Shown here: piece after piece, positions 19,100 to 29,590 of the stretch
How positions within the stretch are numbered: the first letter of the stretch is position 1
How the letters are laid out: every line of letters begins with the position of its first letter
Origin: Candidatus Bathyarchaeota archaeon
Lineage (GTDB): Archaea > Thermoproteota > Bathyarchaeia > TCS64
Reading direction: 5' to 3'
Assembly (NCBI GenBank): GCA_963771885.1
Contig: CAVYVF010000002.1
Location: 128,001 to 192,000, forward strand
DNA: 64,000 nucleotides
Position numbers and translations under genes: made by a program
The notes under the pieces: generated by a model
Seen by the model: the letters and a program-made list of their open reading frames with translations, nothing else
Database searches by the model: none
What the model was told of the DNA's origin: nothing

Positions 19100-20278
19100 A
19101 TGGCTCATCCCTACTGGCTCAGTCAGCCACAGCCCTCCGAGATCAGTCGAAGGATGGAGGGCTACGGCTCTTGGCTAGAGATCGACCTCGATGCCATCAC
19201 CAATAACCTCGCAGAGGTCAGGAAGCATACAAGGGCTGAGGTCATGCCCTGCATCAAGAACAACGCCTATGGGCATGGGCTGCTGCCCATCGCCACGCAT
19301 CTTGAGGAAAATGGCGTGAAGCGGGTGCTCGTGGCGAAGACTCGGGAGGCTATCCTGATCAGGGAGAACACGGGCCTCAGCGCGTTGAACATGGACCCGT
19401 TATGGTCGTCGGAGCAGTACGAGGCGTCCGTTGCAAGGGGGGTGACGCAAGTCATCTACACTCTCGACGCAGCGAAAGCGTTGAGCGTGGCGGCGAAGAA
19501 GCTTGGGAAGGAGGCGGGCGTATTCGTAAAGGTCGACACCGGTCTGCGCCGCGTGGGCGTCTGGCACGAGGAGGCACCCGCACTCATTGAGCAGATCGCG
19601 AAGCTCCCCGGGATTCAGATTGAGGGCATCATGAGCACCCTAATGCAGAACCCCGAACAAGACTGTCAGCAGATCGCCCGAGTCAAGGCGGTCGCCGAGG
19701 AATGCAGGAAGCGTGGAGTCGAACCGGGAGTATTGAGCCTCGCGAGTACTGACGCGACTCTCAATAATCCTGAGGCGCACCTCGACCTCGTCCGTCCCGG
19801 TATGAGCCTCTATGGCGTCTACCCGGAGCCCAAGGACGTGGGGTCGGGCACTAAGCTAAAGCAGGCGCTCTGCTGGAAGGCTCGGATTGAGTACGCGAAG
19901 ACAATCAGGAGGGGTGATTCCGTCACTTACTGGGGTAAATTCGTCGCCCCCGAAGAAATGAGGATAGGTACGGTGCACGTCGGCTTTTATGACGGCGTCC
20001 CACGCGAGATGGCGAATAAGGCTCGCATACTCGTCGGAGGCGAGTACCGCAACAGCCTCGGCTCAATAAGCCTCAACCACATCCTCCTCGATCTACGCGG
20101 TGTCAAGGCCGAGCAGGGGGATGTCGTAGAGATAATAAGTCGAACTGGTGAGAATGACCTGAGTCGCTTCGCCGCGATGGCGGGGTGGATGACCTACAGT
20201 GTCCTCAACCACCTCAACCCATACACCCCACGAATCTATACAAAAAAGGGCGAACCAATCGCGTTACTCGAACCATAG
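19100..20278 (+). CDS. alr: Alanine racemase-family PLP enzyme (divergent)
   Basis: EIDLDAI, IKNNAYGHG (PLP Lys), KVDTGLRRVG, VRPGMSLYG. Confidence 0.82.
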   Translation: MAHPYWLSQPQPSEISRRMEGYGSWLEIDLDAITNNLAEVRKHTRAEVMPCIKNNAYGHGLLPIATHLEENGVKRVLVAKTREAILIRENTGLSALNMDPLWSSEQYEASVARGVTQVIYTLDAAKALSVAAKKLGKEAGVFVKVDTGLRRVGVWHEEAPALIEQIAKLPGIQIEGIMSTLMQNPEQDCQQIARVKAVAEECRKRGVEPGVLSLASTDATLNNPEAHLDLVRPGMSLYGVYPEPKDVGSGTKLKQALCWKARIEYAKTIRRGDSVTYWGKFVAPEEMRIGTVHVGFYDGVPREMANKARILVGGEYRNSLGSISLNHILLDLRGVKAEQGDVVEIISRTGENDLSRFAAMAGWMTYSVLNHLNPYTPRIYTKKGEPIALLEP

Positions 20279-20396
20279 TCCGCGAGCATCCGCCGCGTCT
20301 CCACCGCAAATTAGCACAGAGATGCATTTAACTGGAAAATAGCTGAAAACGTAAGGGTGGCGGAGGAGGATACTGAAAATATGACACACGCGCGGG

Positions 20397-21752
20397 CTAG
20401 AAGTTGTCGGTGGGACGGAGCCATTTTCCCTGCCCCGGCTTCCCCACAACCTGGCCATCCTCGTAGATGACCGAGCCGCGGAGTAGAGTCATCACGGGGG
20501 CGCCTACCCCCTCGATTCCTTCGTAGGGTGTAATCTTCTGTATTGTCTTCAGGTCATCCCCTCTGATCTTGAACTTCTTGTCCAAATCAACGACGACCAC
20601 ATCTGCGTCAGCGCCGATGTTAAGCGCTCCTTTCTTCGGGTAGACTCCATTTATCATCGCGGGGTTAGTGCTGAACACCTCGACGAGGCGCTCCAGCCCG
20701 ATTTTGCCGTCGTTGACAGCGTTAAGCATCAGGGGGAGCGTGGTTTCGATGACAACGCCGCCACTCGGCGCGTCGAAGATGTTTTTCCAGCCTCTCTCCT
20801 TCTCCTCCTTCGTGTAAGGGGCGTGGTCGCTCGCCAACACGTCGATGATGCCGTCATTCAGTGCGTCCCAGAGCCGGGCTTGATCCGCCTCGGTCCTGAG
20901 CGGTGGGTCGACCTTTGCATATGGACCCCTCTCCTTCATTGTCTCTTCGCTCATCAGGAGGTAGTTTGTTGATGTTTCGCCCGTCGCGTCGACTCCTCTA
21001 ATCTGCGCCTCTTCAAGCACATCGACGACACCACTCGCGGTGATGTGGCAGACGTGGAGATGGACCCCCGTCTCCTCGGCGAAGAGGAGCGCTCTGCTCG
21101 CCGCCTCTATCTCCGCGATCGGTGGACGGAACTCGCCGTGAGCCATAGGGTCGGTGCGCCCCAGCCTCTTAGCCTCGGCGACGCCCCTGTCGACGATAAC
21201 CCCGTTCTCTGCGTGAATTAGGCAGGGGAGCCCCTCATCGGCGATGATCTCGAAGTTCTTCCGTAGCTGCCAGTCGTCTGCGGCCAGCTCCTTAAAGCGG
21301 GCTATCATGAAGCTCTTGAAGGCTGTGGCGCCTGCCTTTGCGAGGCCCCTAAGCTCCTCCTCTGGGACCTCCCCGGCTCCGCCGACGAGTCCGAAGTCGA
21401 CTAGCGACTTCATCCCAGCGATCGCCTTCTTCTCCTCAAACGCCTTGACGGTCACTGTAGCGGGGACCGTGTTCGGCATGTCCATGACGCTCGTTACACC
21501 GCCCGCCGCTGCTGCGCGTGTCCCTGACTCGAAGTTCTCCCTGTCAGGGTTACCTGGGTCCCTGAGATGGACGTGCATGTCAACCATCCCAGGGAGAATA
21601 TACTTCCCCGAGGCGTCGATTACCCGGTCCGCCATGGGCTCGCCGCTCTTCATTATGCCTATTATAGTGCCCTCGTCTATGACGAGGCTCCCCTCCCAGA
21701 GACCCGAGGGGAGAACTAGCGTGCCGTTCTTGACAACTACGTCGACTGGCAT
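20397..21752 (-). CDS. Allantoinase/dihydroorotase-type cyclic amidohydrolase
   Basis: PGMVDMHVHLRDPG, AAAGGVT, DMPNT, IHAE, PPLR, SDHAP. Confidence 0.88.
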   Translation of the reverse strand: MPVDVVVKNGTLVLPSGLWEGSLVIDEGTIIGIMKSGEPMADRVIDASGKYILPGMVDMHVHLRDPGNPDRENFESGTRAAAAGGVTSVMDMPNTVPATVTVKAFEEKKAIAGMKSLVDFGLVGGAGEVPEEELRGLAKAGATAFKSFMIARFKELAADDWQLRKNFEIIADEGLPCLIHAENGVIVDRGVAEAKRLGRTDPMAHGEFRPPIAEIEAASRALLFAEETGVHLHVCHITASGVVDVLEEAQIRGVDATGETSTNYLLMSEETMKERGPYAKVDPPLRTEADQARLWDALNDGIIDVLASDHAPYTKEEKERGWKNIFDAPSGGVVIETTLPLMLNAVNDGKIGLERLVEVFSTNPAMINGVYPKKGALNIGADADVVVVDLDKKFKIRGDDLKTIQKITPYEGIEGVGAPVMTLLRGSVIYEDGQVVGKPGQGKWLRPTDNF

Positions 21753-21803
21753 TTCCTACACCTGCAATAAGGCGGTGCGGTGAGGCTGATAACCGTTGCC
21801 TGG

Positions 21804-22940
21804 CTAGAAGGCGACGTCCCAGGGCATCTGATTGAGGACAATTGGGTCCCCTTTTGTCACGAGTACTATATCCTCCAGGTGGCTCCTCATACCAAGCTTC
21901 GCGTCGACCCGCATGGGCTCGTAGGTGAGCGTCATCCCAGCCTTGAGGGGAAGCGCATCCGTCTCGATGGAACCGAAGTTGGGTGCGTAGGGCATCGTGT
22001 AGTCGTGGACGTCCAGACCTATCTGGTGTCCGCTGCGGGGCGTTGGCTCAAATCCGAGTTCCTCGTGTAGGGAGTTCGCGTAGCGGAGTACATCGTTCCC
22101 CGAGACGCCCTCGCGGATGTGTTTAATGCCTTCTCTCTGCACCTTGACGATGCGGTCGAGGAAGTCCTTTGCCTGCGCGTCCAGTGTCACAGGCCAGGTC
22201 CTGCCCATGTCGCTGCAGTATCCAGAGTCTACACGGACGCCCACATCTACGCTGAGGATGTCCCCATGCTTGATGGTCCCATAGGGTCTGCGTGGCCCCC
22301 TGCAGAAGCTAATGGAGGAGTCGAAGCTATGGTCGAGGGCGCCAAGCTCAATGAGGCGGGCGTCTAGGCGCTTCTTGATCTTCCAAGTGTCAGCTCCGGG
22401 GACGCCCCACTGTATGAGCTCATAGACGACGTTCTCCGTGATGTTTATGGCGCGCCTCATCTCGGAGACCTCGTAATCGTCCTTAATACTCCGCATGGTG
22501 AAGATGTGATCGCTGACATCCTTCTTAGGGTCGATCTTGATGTGGAGAGTGTCTGCTAGGGCGTAGGCGAACTGGCTACTCATCGTGCTGAGATCGAAGC
22601 AGATCCTGTCGGGGTTGTAACCGGTTAGCGCGACCTGCGTTCCCCTCATGTGGTGCCCTTTCTCCTGGCGGACTGCAATGACTTTGCTATACTTGCCGCT
22701 CTCCTCAGCCGCCTTCGCACCCCAGTGGGGCGTGACAAGGGAGACATCTCCGTTGACGCTTAGGATGAGGCTCTGATGCTCATCCCCGATGCCGTTTGGG
22801 CAGAGGTAGGTGAAGTTGCCCGGGTTCTGATTTACTACTTCGTTAAGTAACACGACGGTCTCGAAGCCGCGTCGCTCAATCTCTTTTAGGAGCTCCCTTT
22901 TTCGCCTAGCTAGAGACTCATCCTGTTTCATCTGGGTCAC
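21804..22940 (-). CDS. M24 (Xaa-Pro) metallopeptidase
   Basis: DVG...YCSDMGRT, GHQIGLDVHD, TYEP, LEDIVLV. Confidence 0.85.
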   Translation of the reverse strand: MTQMKQDESLARRKRELLKEIERRGFETVVLLNEVVNQNPGNFTYLCPNGIGDEHQSLILSVNGDVSLVTPHWGAKAAEESGKYSKVIAVRQEKGHHMRGTQVALTGYNPDRICFDLSTMSSQFAYALADTLHIKIDPKKDVSDHIFTMRSIKDDYEVSEMRRAINITENVVYELIQWGVPGADTWKIKKRLDARLIELGALDHSFDSSISFCRGPRRPYGTIKHGDILSVDVGVRVDSGYCSDMGRTWPVTLDAQAKDFLDRIVKVQREGIKHIREGVSGNDVLRYANSLHEELGFEPTPRSGHQIGLDVHDYTMPYAPNFGSIETDALPLKAGMTLTYEPMRVDAKLGMRSHLEDIVLVTKGDPIVLNQMPWDVAF

Positions 22941-23073
22941 TTCTGGGAGTAGAAGCGCTTGTAGTGGATATGGCTTTTCCCCTTACATATAACGAGGTTA
23001 AAGTTACGAATTAATTGTGTGCTCATATGCATAACTTTTTAAAAGATTTCTGATAAAAGAAGGGAGATATTGT

Positions 23074-23835
23074 ATGAATAGGAAACCTCTGATAGGCTTA
23101 ACTTCCAATTATTCGACAAATGGTGAAGTTGGTACGTTAACCAAACTCGGAGCTTCTAGCCAGAAGTGGCAGCTGCTTGCAGAGGATTATATCTGTGCCG
23201 TGGAAGAGGCTGGCGGTATACCTGTTATAATCCCTATTACCGACAATCCAGAGGTTGCGGTGCAGAGTCTTTCTGCAATTCATGGCCTCATACTCACCGG
23301 CGGAAACGATGTTGATCCACGGCGGTACGGTCAGGCTCCGGATCCTTCACTCGGCGAAGTCTCAATCAAGCGTGATCTTGTTGAAATGAATGTTCTGAAG
23401 AAGGGATTAGGGGAATATAATATGCCGATTTTGGCAATTTGTAGAGGCTGTCAGCTTATGAACATAGTTTTGGGTGGTACTTTGTATCAAGATGTTAATA
23501 GATCAGGTCTGACTACTCAACCACATTTTCTTCTTTCCTATCCTATTGAAGAGGTGAGTCATGATATTTCGGTGGTCGAAGGTAGCAAGTTGCATTCGAT
23601 ATTAAAGCAGAAGAGAGTTGGAGTTAACAGCTTCCACCATCAGGCGATAGACAGGCTTGCGAATGGGCTGAGAATTACAGCTGAATCGGATGATAAAGTG
23701 ATTGAGGCTGTTGAGCTCGAAGGCGACAGATTTGTTGTCGGGGTACAGTGGCATCCTGAAATGATGATTAATGGCACAACAAGCTATCTTAACCTATTCA
23801 AGGCATTTGTAGACGAATGCGCGAAGAACTGCTGA
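23074..23835 (+). CDS. Gamma-glutamyl-GABA hydrolase (PuuD/peptidase C26) family
   Basis: GGNDVDP, ICRGCQ, VNSFHHQA, VQWHPE. Confidence 0.88.
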   Translation: MNRKPLIGLTSNYSTNGEVGTLTKLGASSQKWQLLAEDYICAVEEAGGIPVIIPITDNPEVAVQSLSAIHGLILTGGNDVDPRRYGQAPDPSLGEVSIKRDLVEMNVLKKGLGEYNMPILAICRGCQLMNIVLGGTLYQDVNRSGLTTQPHFLLSYPIEEVSHDISVVEGSKLHSILKQKRVGVNSFHHQAIDRLANGLRITAESDDKVIEAVELEGDRFVVGVQWHPEMMINGTTSYLNLFKAFVDECAKNC

Positions 23836-23878
23836 TTAGTGTCATGTGTATTTCGCGGGAAGTCACGCGCGCTTGTAT

Positions 23879-24784
23879 TCAGCGATCTTTTACCCCTTTA
23901 ACAACGCCTTCTACCATCTTGTAGACTGCTTTTAAAGCCGTTCCCTCGGGATCGCCTTTAGTTGGTAGGCTAGCGACACCGAAAGAAGCGACTTTTGGGT
24001 ATCTGAACATGATTTCGAGGGTCTTCATTAGTTGGTCGCTGTTACAGCCATTAGGCACCGGTGTGGTGTGGCCTGGGACTTCATCGGAACTCAACACGTC
24101 GGTATCTACATGTACGTATATTCTATCAGTCAGTGAGCTCAAGCGGTCCATCTGTTTTATCACGTTTTGACTTTGTTTTCTTATATCGTCAACTGTGATT
24201 AACTCGATTTCACTTGTGTCAATTATCTCCTGCTCTAGAGGGTCTGTATCTCGAAGGCCTGCCAGAACTACGTAACGTGTGGGCAGTGGGACCTCGAGGC
24301 CAGTTTGATGTCTTAAGCGTTGTAGGCATAACCCACAGCTTACAGCCACTGGCATGCCCCCCATCATCATACTAAGACTCGTTTCCGGGGTGTTAATGTC
24401 TCCGTGGGCGTCGAAGTAAACCAAACCTACTCGCAGAGGTTTCCAATCTGGGCCTGACTGTTGTACCCCTGCTAGCATCCCCATTAATCCGACGCAGTTT
24501 GAGAGTAATGAGATGTTTTGCTCGCCTTTCTTTATCTGGGTGGAGACGATTTCTGCGAGGTGGTGACTGGCTAATCCGAGTCTGTTGACTGTGCCGTATT
24601 GTTTCTCTTCCTCGGGGGTCAGGGCTGCGGTCTTTGTTTCTGTTACGTTTACATTGAGGCTCTTGAGGAGAGCATAGAGCCCCCCACTCTCCATGATGTT
24701 TGGTCCTTCGTCGAATTCTTTTCTCCCAAAGTTACCATCGTGAAGAAATTTTGCTATTCCTACTTGAATTTGCCCTTCATTCAA
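23879..24784 (-). CDS. Arginase/ureohydrolase family protein
   Basis: FDAHGDINTPETS, GLRDTD, HVDTDV. Confidence 0.85.
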   Translation of the reverse strand: MNEGQIQVGIAKFLHDGNFGRKEFDEGPNIMESGGLYALLKSLNVNVTETKTAALTPEEEKQYGTVNRLGLASHHLAEIVSTQIKKGEQNISLLSNCVGLMGMLAGVQQSGPDWKPLRVGLVYFDAHGDINTPETSLSMMMGGMPVAVSCGLCLQRLRHQTGLEVPLPTRYVVLAGLRDTDPLEQEIIDTSEIELITVDDIRKQSQNVIKQMDRLSSLTDRIYVHVDTDVLSSDEVPGHTTPVPNGCNSDQLMKTLEIMFRYPKVASFGVASLPTKGDPEGTALKAVYKMVEGVVKGVKDR

Positions 24785-24851
24785 TCTCTGTCAGAGAGTA
24801 TGATGTTATTCTGTATGATATATTCTCACATGCACGCGCGTTAATCTTGGA

Positions 24852-25853
24852 TTAAATTTTAGGAAACCAGTGAGGAGAACAAGTGGAGGCTTTTGTGACA
24901 GCCTTCACATCATATGCTCCGAACACGGCTTCGGACTCTCTCAAGTAACCTACCTTTAAAGGATCTACCTTAATCAAACCACATAACACCGAGTCAAGCT
25001 CAGCGAGGTTATCTCCACATGCTGCAAACCCGTCGCCATCTTCAACTCTGTAGGCCCCCCATGGAGCCTTTACCTCCCCATATTGATCGGAAACCGTGTA
25101 ACAGTTGAAGCTCTCACAGACTCCGACGAGTGAAAAGTACGAAGCATATATCTTCGCGATATCTACAATGCTTCGGTTAATGCGGGTTTCCCCCGGGCCA
25201 TGCCACCAACTTCTCCATGGATCAGGGATGAGCCCGAACAGGTTCTTGATGGAGAGACTCGGAAAAGTGCCCCCGGCGCCTTTCACGTGTCCGAAGCTTA
25301 TCAGGGGAGCACCGACGTATGCAGCCAATCTCTCCGGCATATACCCGTAGAGCTTAGGATACTCGACAGGGGGATAATTTGCTTCAACCCGCCTCTTGAC
25401 CGCATCGACTTCTACTACTCTGCCAGATAAAGTCTCCTCGGTCACGCTGAGGTACTCGCAGCCATATCGCTCCATGACGTCTGTAAGACCATAGTTATCT
25501 CTGAACCACTTATCCTGAGTCCTCATAGTATCCAGGTTATCCTCTTCTTGAACCCAGCTAAGGTCTGGGTTTCTGAGAAGCCACCTCCAGTCCACTTTTT
25601 CGCCCTTAACTCGATAGACGGCTTGCCCGTTCTGTCTATCTATGGAGTAGCCTTCTATGATGATTGGTTTTCCTGGAAGGATTGCTAGCAATGTTTCGAG
25701 TGTAGCGGCGTCTGTGAATCCACCTTTAAGGGGGCTATACCAGTTTGGTTTAACCATATAGACCTTTGATTCGGGGAGGATGCCTTTTAGCAGGCGCTTT
25801 AAGCCACGGGGAGATCTGATTCGCCCAATTTTTACCGAACCAAAACGGGTCAA
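24852..25853 (-). CDS. DUF362-like protein
   Basis: VKPNW; SLSIKNLFGLIP...WHG. Confidence 0.65.
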   Translation of the reverse strand: MTRFGSVKIGRIRSPRGLKRLLKGILPESKVYMVKPNWYSPLKGGFTDAATLETLLAILPGKPIIIEGYSIDRQNGQAVYRVKGEKVDWRWLLRNPDLSWVQEEDNLDTMRTQDKWFRDNYGLTDVMERYGCEYLSVTEETLSGRVVEVDAVKRRVEANYPPVEYPKLYGYMPERLAAYVGAPLISFGHVKGAGGTFPSLSIKNLFGLIPDPWRSWWHGPGETRINRSIVDIAKIYASYFSLVGVCESFNCYTVSDQYGEVKAPWGAYRVEDGDGFAACGDNLAELDSVLCGLIKVDPLKVGYLRESEAVFGAYDVKAVTKASTCSPHWFPKI

Positions 25854-26051
25854 GGAGAATCAATTTGGTTTCTGTTCGAGGTACTAATTAAGGCGACGTG
25901 CGCGTACTTAACTACCTGAATTTTTGACATGCATATGCGCCACTTTACTGTAGTACAAGTTACGCAATAAGTATAGGATTTAGCTGTCGAATAGTAACTC
26001 TCACTTACACCTGACTCTAATCCAGTGATGCACGCGCCTCGAATGGAGAAG

Positions 26052-27842
26052 CTAATTGACTCGCCTGATCGCAACGCCTGGAGTAGCGCCGGTGTGCTTA
26101 CCATTCGAAAGGACTGGGACGCCGTTCACGAGGACGTAGACTATCCCTTTCGGGTATCTCCTAGGCTCCACAGCGTCGCCTGTTACCTCGAGTTTGTCGT
26201 AGTCGAAGATAGTGATGTCGGCTATGCTCCCAGGGGTTATCCTGCCCCTACCCTTGAGGAAGTGATTGTCGGCAGCTTGTGTACTAATGACGCGTATCGC
26301 CTGCTCGAGTGTGAAGAGCTTGTGCTTCTTGACGAACTCGTTAATGAAGCCGGGGAAGGCGGCGAACGTGTTGTTCCCAGGGATGTTGTAGGGGGGTGTC
26401 TTCTGCTCCCGTGTTGTGTCGACTACGGTCTGGTCGAGGCTGAGGGCGCAGACCGGGTGTTGGAAAAATAATGCGCGGAAGGGCTTCTGTGGGAAGCTGC
26501 CCGTCTCTGCTACACCCACGGCGACTCCTCTGCTGTCTGGGTCTTCGCAGATGAGATCGAAGTAGGTCTCAAGCGGGTTCTTGCTCCTCTCCTTAGCGAT
26601 CTGGGCGACGTGCTTCCCTGCGAGCCCCTTGTCCTTGTGTTTTGTGACCCAGATGTTCTCCGCCCACTGGGGGTTGCTGTTCGGGTTGTAGGCGAGGCGT
26701 ATGAACCACTTGCCCGTCTGGATGTCGTCTATTACCTCCTTCCGATAGTCGGGTACTCTGAGCCACTCTGCGAGCTTCTTGCGGCTACCCTGTTCCTTGA
26801 GCCAGGGCGTGAGAAGGCTGCATAGGTAAGGCATGACACTGAAGCCCCCGAGAATGAACCAGGGCATATGGTCGAATGTTAATTGTAGTCCCTCGGCGCG
26901 TGCGTCGTCTATGTACTTGAGAGTACGTCGGTAGTTCGCCTCCTCCATGTCGTCATCCCCCTCGGGGACCAGACGCCACGCGGGGGTGAGGTGAGCGAGG
27001 TTCGTTGGTACGCCCGTCTTCCTGCAAGTGTCGATTGATTCGAGGATGCCATCGAGCTTGTTGGGTCGGTAGTCCCCCGCTTTCACGTCCCTGCGGCGCC
27101 CCGTCCTTCTCCAGTGGGGGCAGTAGACGCTGTTTGGGTACTCTTTGAGGATGGAGACACATGCGTTGATCTCTTCCATGCTCGCCCAGACGCCGGGGTC
27201 GTAGTCGAGTCCCGTGCTCAGTCCGATGCAGCCCTCGTCCATGGCGGATTTGATGTAGCCCTTGATGCCCTCGATCTCCTCCGGCTTGGCGTGGCGCTTG
27301 TAGTCCTCGCCCATGACCATGTATCGGGCATTTCCCTGACCTACGAGTGGCGCCGCGTTGACTGAGACCTTTCCGTCCACCCTCTTGAACCACTCAGCCA
27401 TAGTGTGCCAGTTTACGGTCCACCCGAACCTCTCCTTCATCAGCTTGTTTACCGTCTCGCGGGGAAGGAGGTCCTTCTCCGGGTAGAACTTGTGGGGCAT
27501 CAACTCGTCGAGGTAGTCACCGGCTATCCCGGGGAGCTTCATTAAGTCGCCAACTGGGGCGGGTGAGCCACCGCACTCTCCGCCGACGAAGGTAGTGACC
27601 CCCTGATAGACGTAGCTCTCCGCCTTTGGGTAGAAGAGTATGGTTGTGTCGCTGTGGCTATGGGCGTCTATCCAGCCTGGGCTGGCGTAAAGTCCCTTCG
27701 CGTCTATGGTTTTCTTCGCGTCTCCCTTGACCTCGCCGAGGGCGGCGATCTTTCCTTTGGATACACCTATCGAGCCAGAGTAGGCGGGCTTGCCCGAGCC
27801 GTCGATGACCCGGGCGTTCTTAACCAGAACGTCGTACTCCAT
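26052..27842 (-). CDS. N-acyl-D-amino-acid deacylase (D-aminoacylase) family
   Basis: PGWIDAHSHSD, QGVTTFVGGECG, GLSTGLDY, VLVNGV...TGATPG. Confidence 0.88.
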   Translation of the reverse strand: MEYDVLVKNARVIDGSGKPAYSGSIGVSKGKIAALGEVKGDAKKTIDAKGLYASPGWIDAHSHSDTTILFYPKAESYVYQGVTTFVGGECGGSPAPVGDLMKLPGIAGDYLDELMPHKFYPEKDLLPRETVNKLMKERFGWTVNWHTMAEWFKRVDGKVSVNAAPLVGQGNARYMVMGEDYKRHAKPEEIEGIKGYIKSAMDEGCIGLSTGLDYDPGVWASMEEINACVSILKEYPNSVYCPHWRRTGRRRDVKAGDYRPNKLDGILESIDTCRKTGVPTNLAHLTPAWRLVPEGDDDMEEANYRRTLKYIDDARAEGLQLTFDHMPWFILGGFSVMPYLCSLLTPWLKEQGSRKKLAEWLRVPDYRKEVIDDIQTGKWFIRLAYNPNSNPQWAENIWVTKHKDKGLAGKHVAQIAKERSKNPLETYFDLICEDPDSRGVAVGVAETGSFPQKPFRALFFQHPVCALSLDQTVVDTTREQKTPPYNIPGNNTFAAFPGFINEFVKKHKLFTLEQAIRVISTQAADNHFLKGRGRITPGSIADITIFDYDKLEVTGDAVEPRRYPKGIVYVLVNGVPVLSNGKHTGATPGVAIRRVN

Positions 27843-27921
27843 GGAGTGTGAGCGTGGCTCGGATTTATAGGGTCTCGGGTCCCCGGAAGGGATTTAACCG
27901 GTCTCGACGGCTCTGCTCAGT

Positions 27922-29076
27922 ATGAATAGGGACATCGTGACCTTCGGCGTCCTCGGTGCGGCGCACTCCCTCAACCATAGCCTATTCCTCGTGCTCCCGC
28001 CGTTGCTCAGCAACATCGCCACCAGCCTTAATGTGAGCTTCCAGACGCTTGGGCTCGTCGCGACGGTCACATTCCTCATCTACGGAACGGGCGCACTCGC
28101 GGGTGGCCCACTCTCGGATATGATTGGAAGCGTCAAGGTCGCACGGATCAGCGTCGGTTTAGCCGGTGTCTCGAGCCTCCTGTTCCTCGTCTGCACGGAG
28201 ATCTACGTGTTCTCTGCAGCTATGTTCCTGATGGCTCTCTGGGCGAGTTTCTACCACCCGACGGCGAACAAGCTTATCGCTCAAGCTTTCCCGAAGGCGC
28301 CTGGGAACGCGATGGGCATACACAATGCAGCGGGAAACGCTGGGCAGGTGCTGACGCCGACAGTTGCCTTCCTGCTAGGCGTAACAGTCGACTGGAGATT
28401 CAGCTTCGTCTTCTTCGGCGTCCTAAGTATCGTTACCGCACTCGTAATGAACAAGATAGTGATAGCCGAGGATGCCCCGACGGGGATGAAGAAGCTGGAG
28501 ATCAGGGAGTTCCTTAAAATACCCAATCTCTGGATGCTGCTCCTTTTCAACGCCTTCGTCGGCTTCATCTTCAGGGGCGTCGAGGTCTACTTTCCTACTT
28601 ATCTCCGCCTCGGTGAGGGGTATACTGGCGAGTTCGCTGCCGTCAGTAGCTCCCTAATACTCTTCTTTGGGATCGCTGGACAGCTCATCGGCGGGAGGGG
28701 ATCGGATAAACTGGGGCCTACGAAGCTGGTCCTAGGTTCAGTTGCCTTCGTGTTCGCTTCCCTGCTTCTCCTACTCCTTCTCCCGACCAGCTATGTGTCC
28801 GTGGTCGCTTTCACCTTTATCTATGGCGTGGCGGTCTTCGCCCACCAGCCCTCGATGACGAATCTGATTAGCAGGGTTACTCCCCGCAGCCTTATGGGGC
28901 TGAGTTTTGGGGTGATGTTCTTCTTCAGCTTTGGAGTCGGTTCGATTGCCGCTGCAGTGCTGGGCTGGTTGACCGACGGATACGGGGTCGTGATAGCGTT
29001 CTGGTCGAACGCCGTCGTCTCTGCGGCGCTACTCCTCCTCACGCTACTAATCTACAGGACGTTCAGGAACGCGTGA
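27922..29076 (+). CDS. MFS transporter
   Basis: About 12 TM; GPLSDMIG, FYHP, GRGSDKLG. Confidence 0.85.
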   Translation: MNRDIVTFGVLGAAHSLNHSLFLVLPPLLSNIATSLNVSFQTLGLVATVTFLIYGTGALAGGPLSDMIGSVKVARISVGLAGVSSLLFLVCTEIYVFSAAMFLMALWASFYHPTANKLIAQAFPKAPGNAMGIHNAAGNAGQVLTPTVAFLLGVTVDWRFSFVFFGVLSIVTALVMNKIVIAEDAPTGMKKLEIREFLKIPNLWMLLLFNAFVGFIFRGVEVYFPTYLRLGEGYTGEFAAVSSSLILFFGIAGQLIGGRGSDKLGPTKLVLGSVAFVFASLLLLLLLPTSYVSVVAFTFIYGVAVFAHQPSMTNLISRVTPRSLMGLSFGVMFFFSFGVGSIAAAVLGWLTDGYGVVIAFWSNAVVSAALLLLTLLIYRTFRNA

Positions 29077-29584
29077 GGTAGCTGAGGACGCCGGCGACGG
29101 TTTTCGCGTCTTCTATCATGTTCTTCTCAATCATGTCGAGGAGCTCGTCGCAGCCGTAGGCCTCGGTGGTTATATCCTCGTCCTCCTCGGTACTCTTCTC
29201 GCCCTGCTTGAGGGTTGTTGCGAAGAAGATGTGTATTAGCTCATTGCTGTAGCCGGGGGCGACGTAGAGGCTGATTACCTTCTTCATGTAGCCGGCGGTG
29301 TAGCCCGTTTCCTCGCGTAGTTCCCTGCGTGCGCAGGTATCGGGGGCCTCGCCCTCCTCAAGTGTTCCCGCGGGTATCTCAAGGAGCTCTTTGCCCGTCG
29401 CGTACCTGAACTGCTTGACTAGTAGGATGCGTCCATCGTCGAGGATTGGTACTATCGCTACGGCGCCGGGGTGGTCGACGATGTCCCGCGTCACGGTTTT
29501 CCCAGTCGGGAGCTGGACTTCGTCGGTCTTGAAGCTGAAGTGCTTGCCCTTTTGGAGGAGCTTGGAGTTTATTGTCTTCTCCAT
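29063..29584 (-). CDS. NUDIX hydrolase (ADP-ribose pyrophosphatase NudF-like)
   Basis: HPGAVAI; EIPAGTLEEGE...ARRELREETG. Confidence 0.9.
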   Translation of the reverse strand: MEKTINSKLLQKGKHFSFKTDEVQLPTGKTVTRDIVDHPGAVAIVPILDDGRILLVKQFRYATGKELLEIPAGTLEEGEAPDTCARRELREETGYTAGYMKKVISLYVAPGYSNELIHIFFATTLKQGEKSTEEDEDITTEAYGCDELLDMIEKNMIEDAKTVAGVLSYLTRS

Positions 29585-29590
29585 GTTGGG

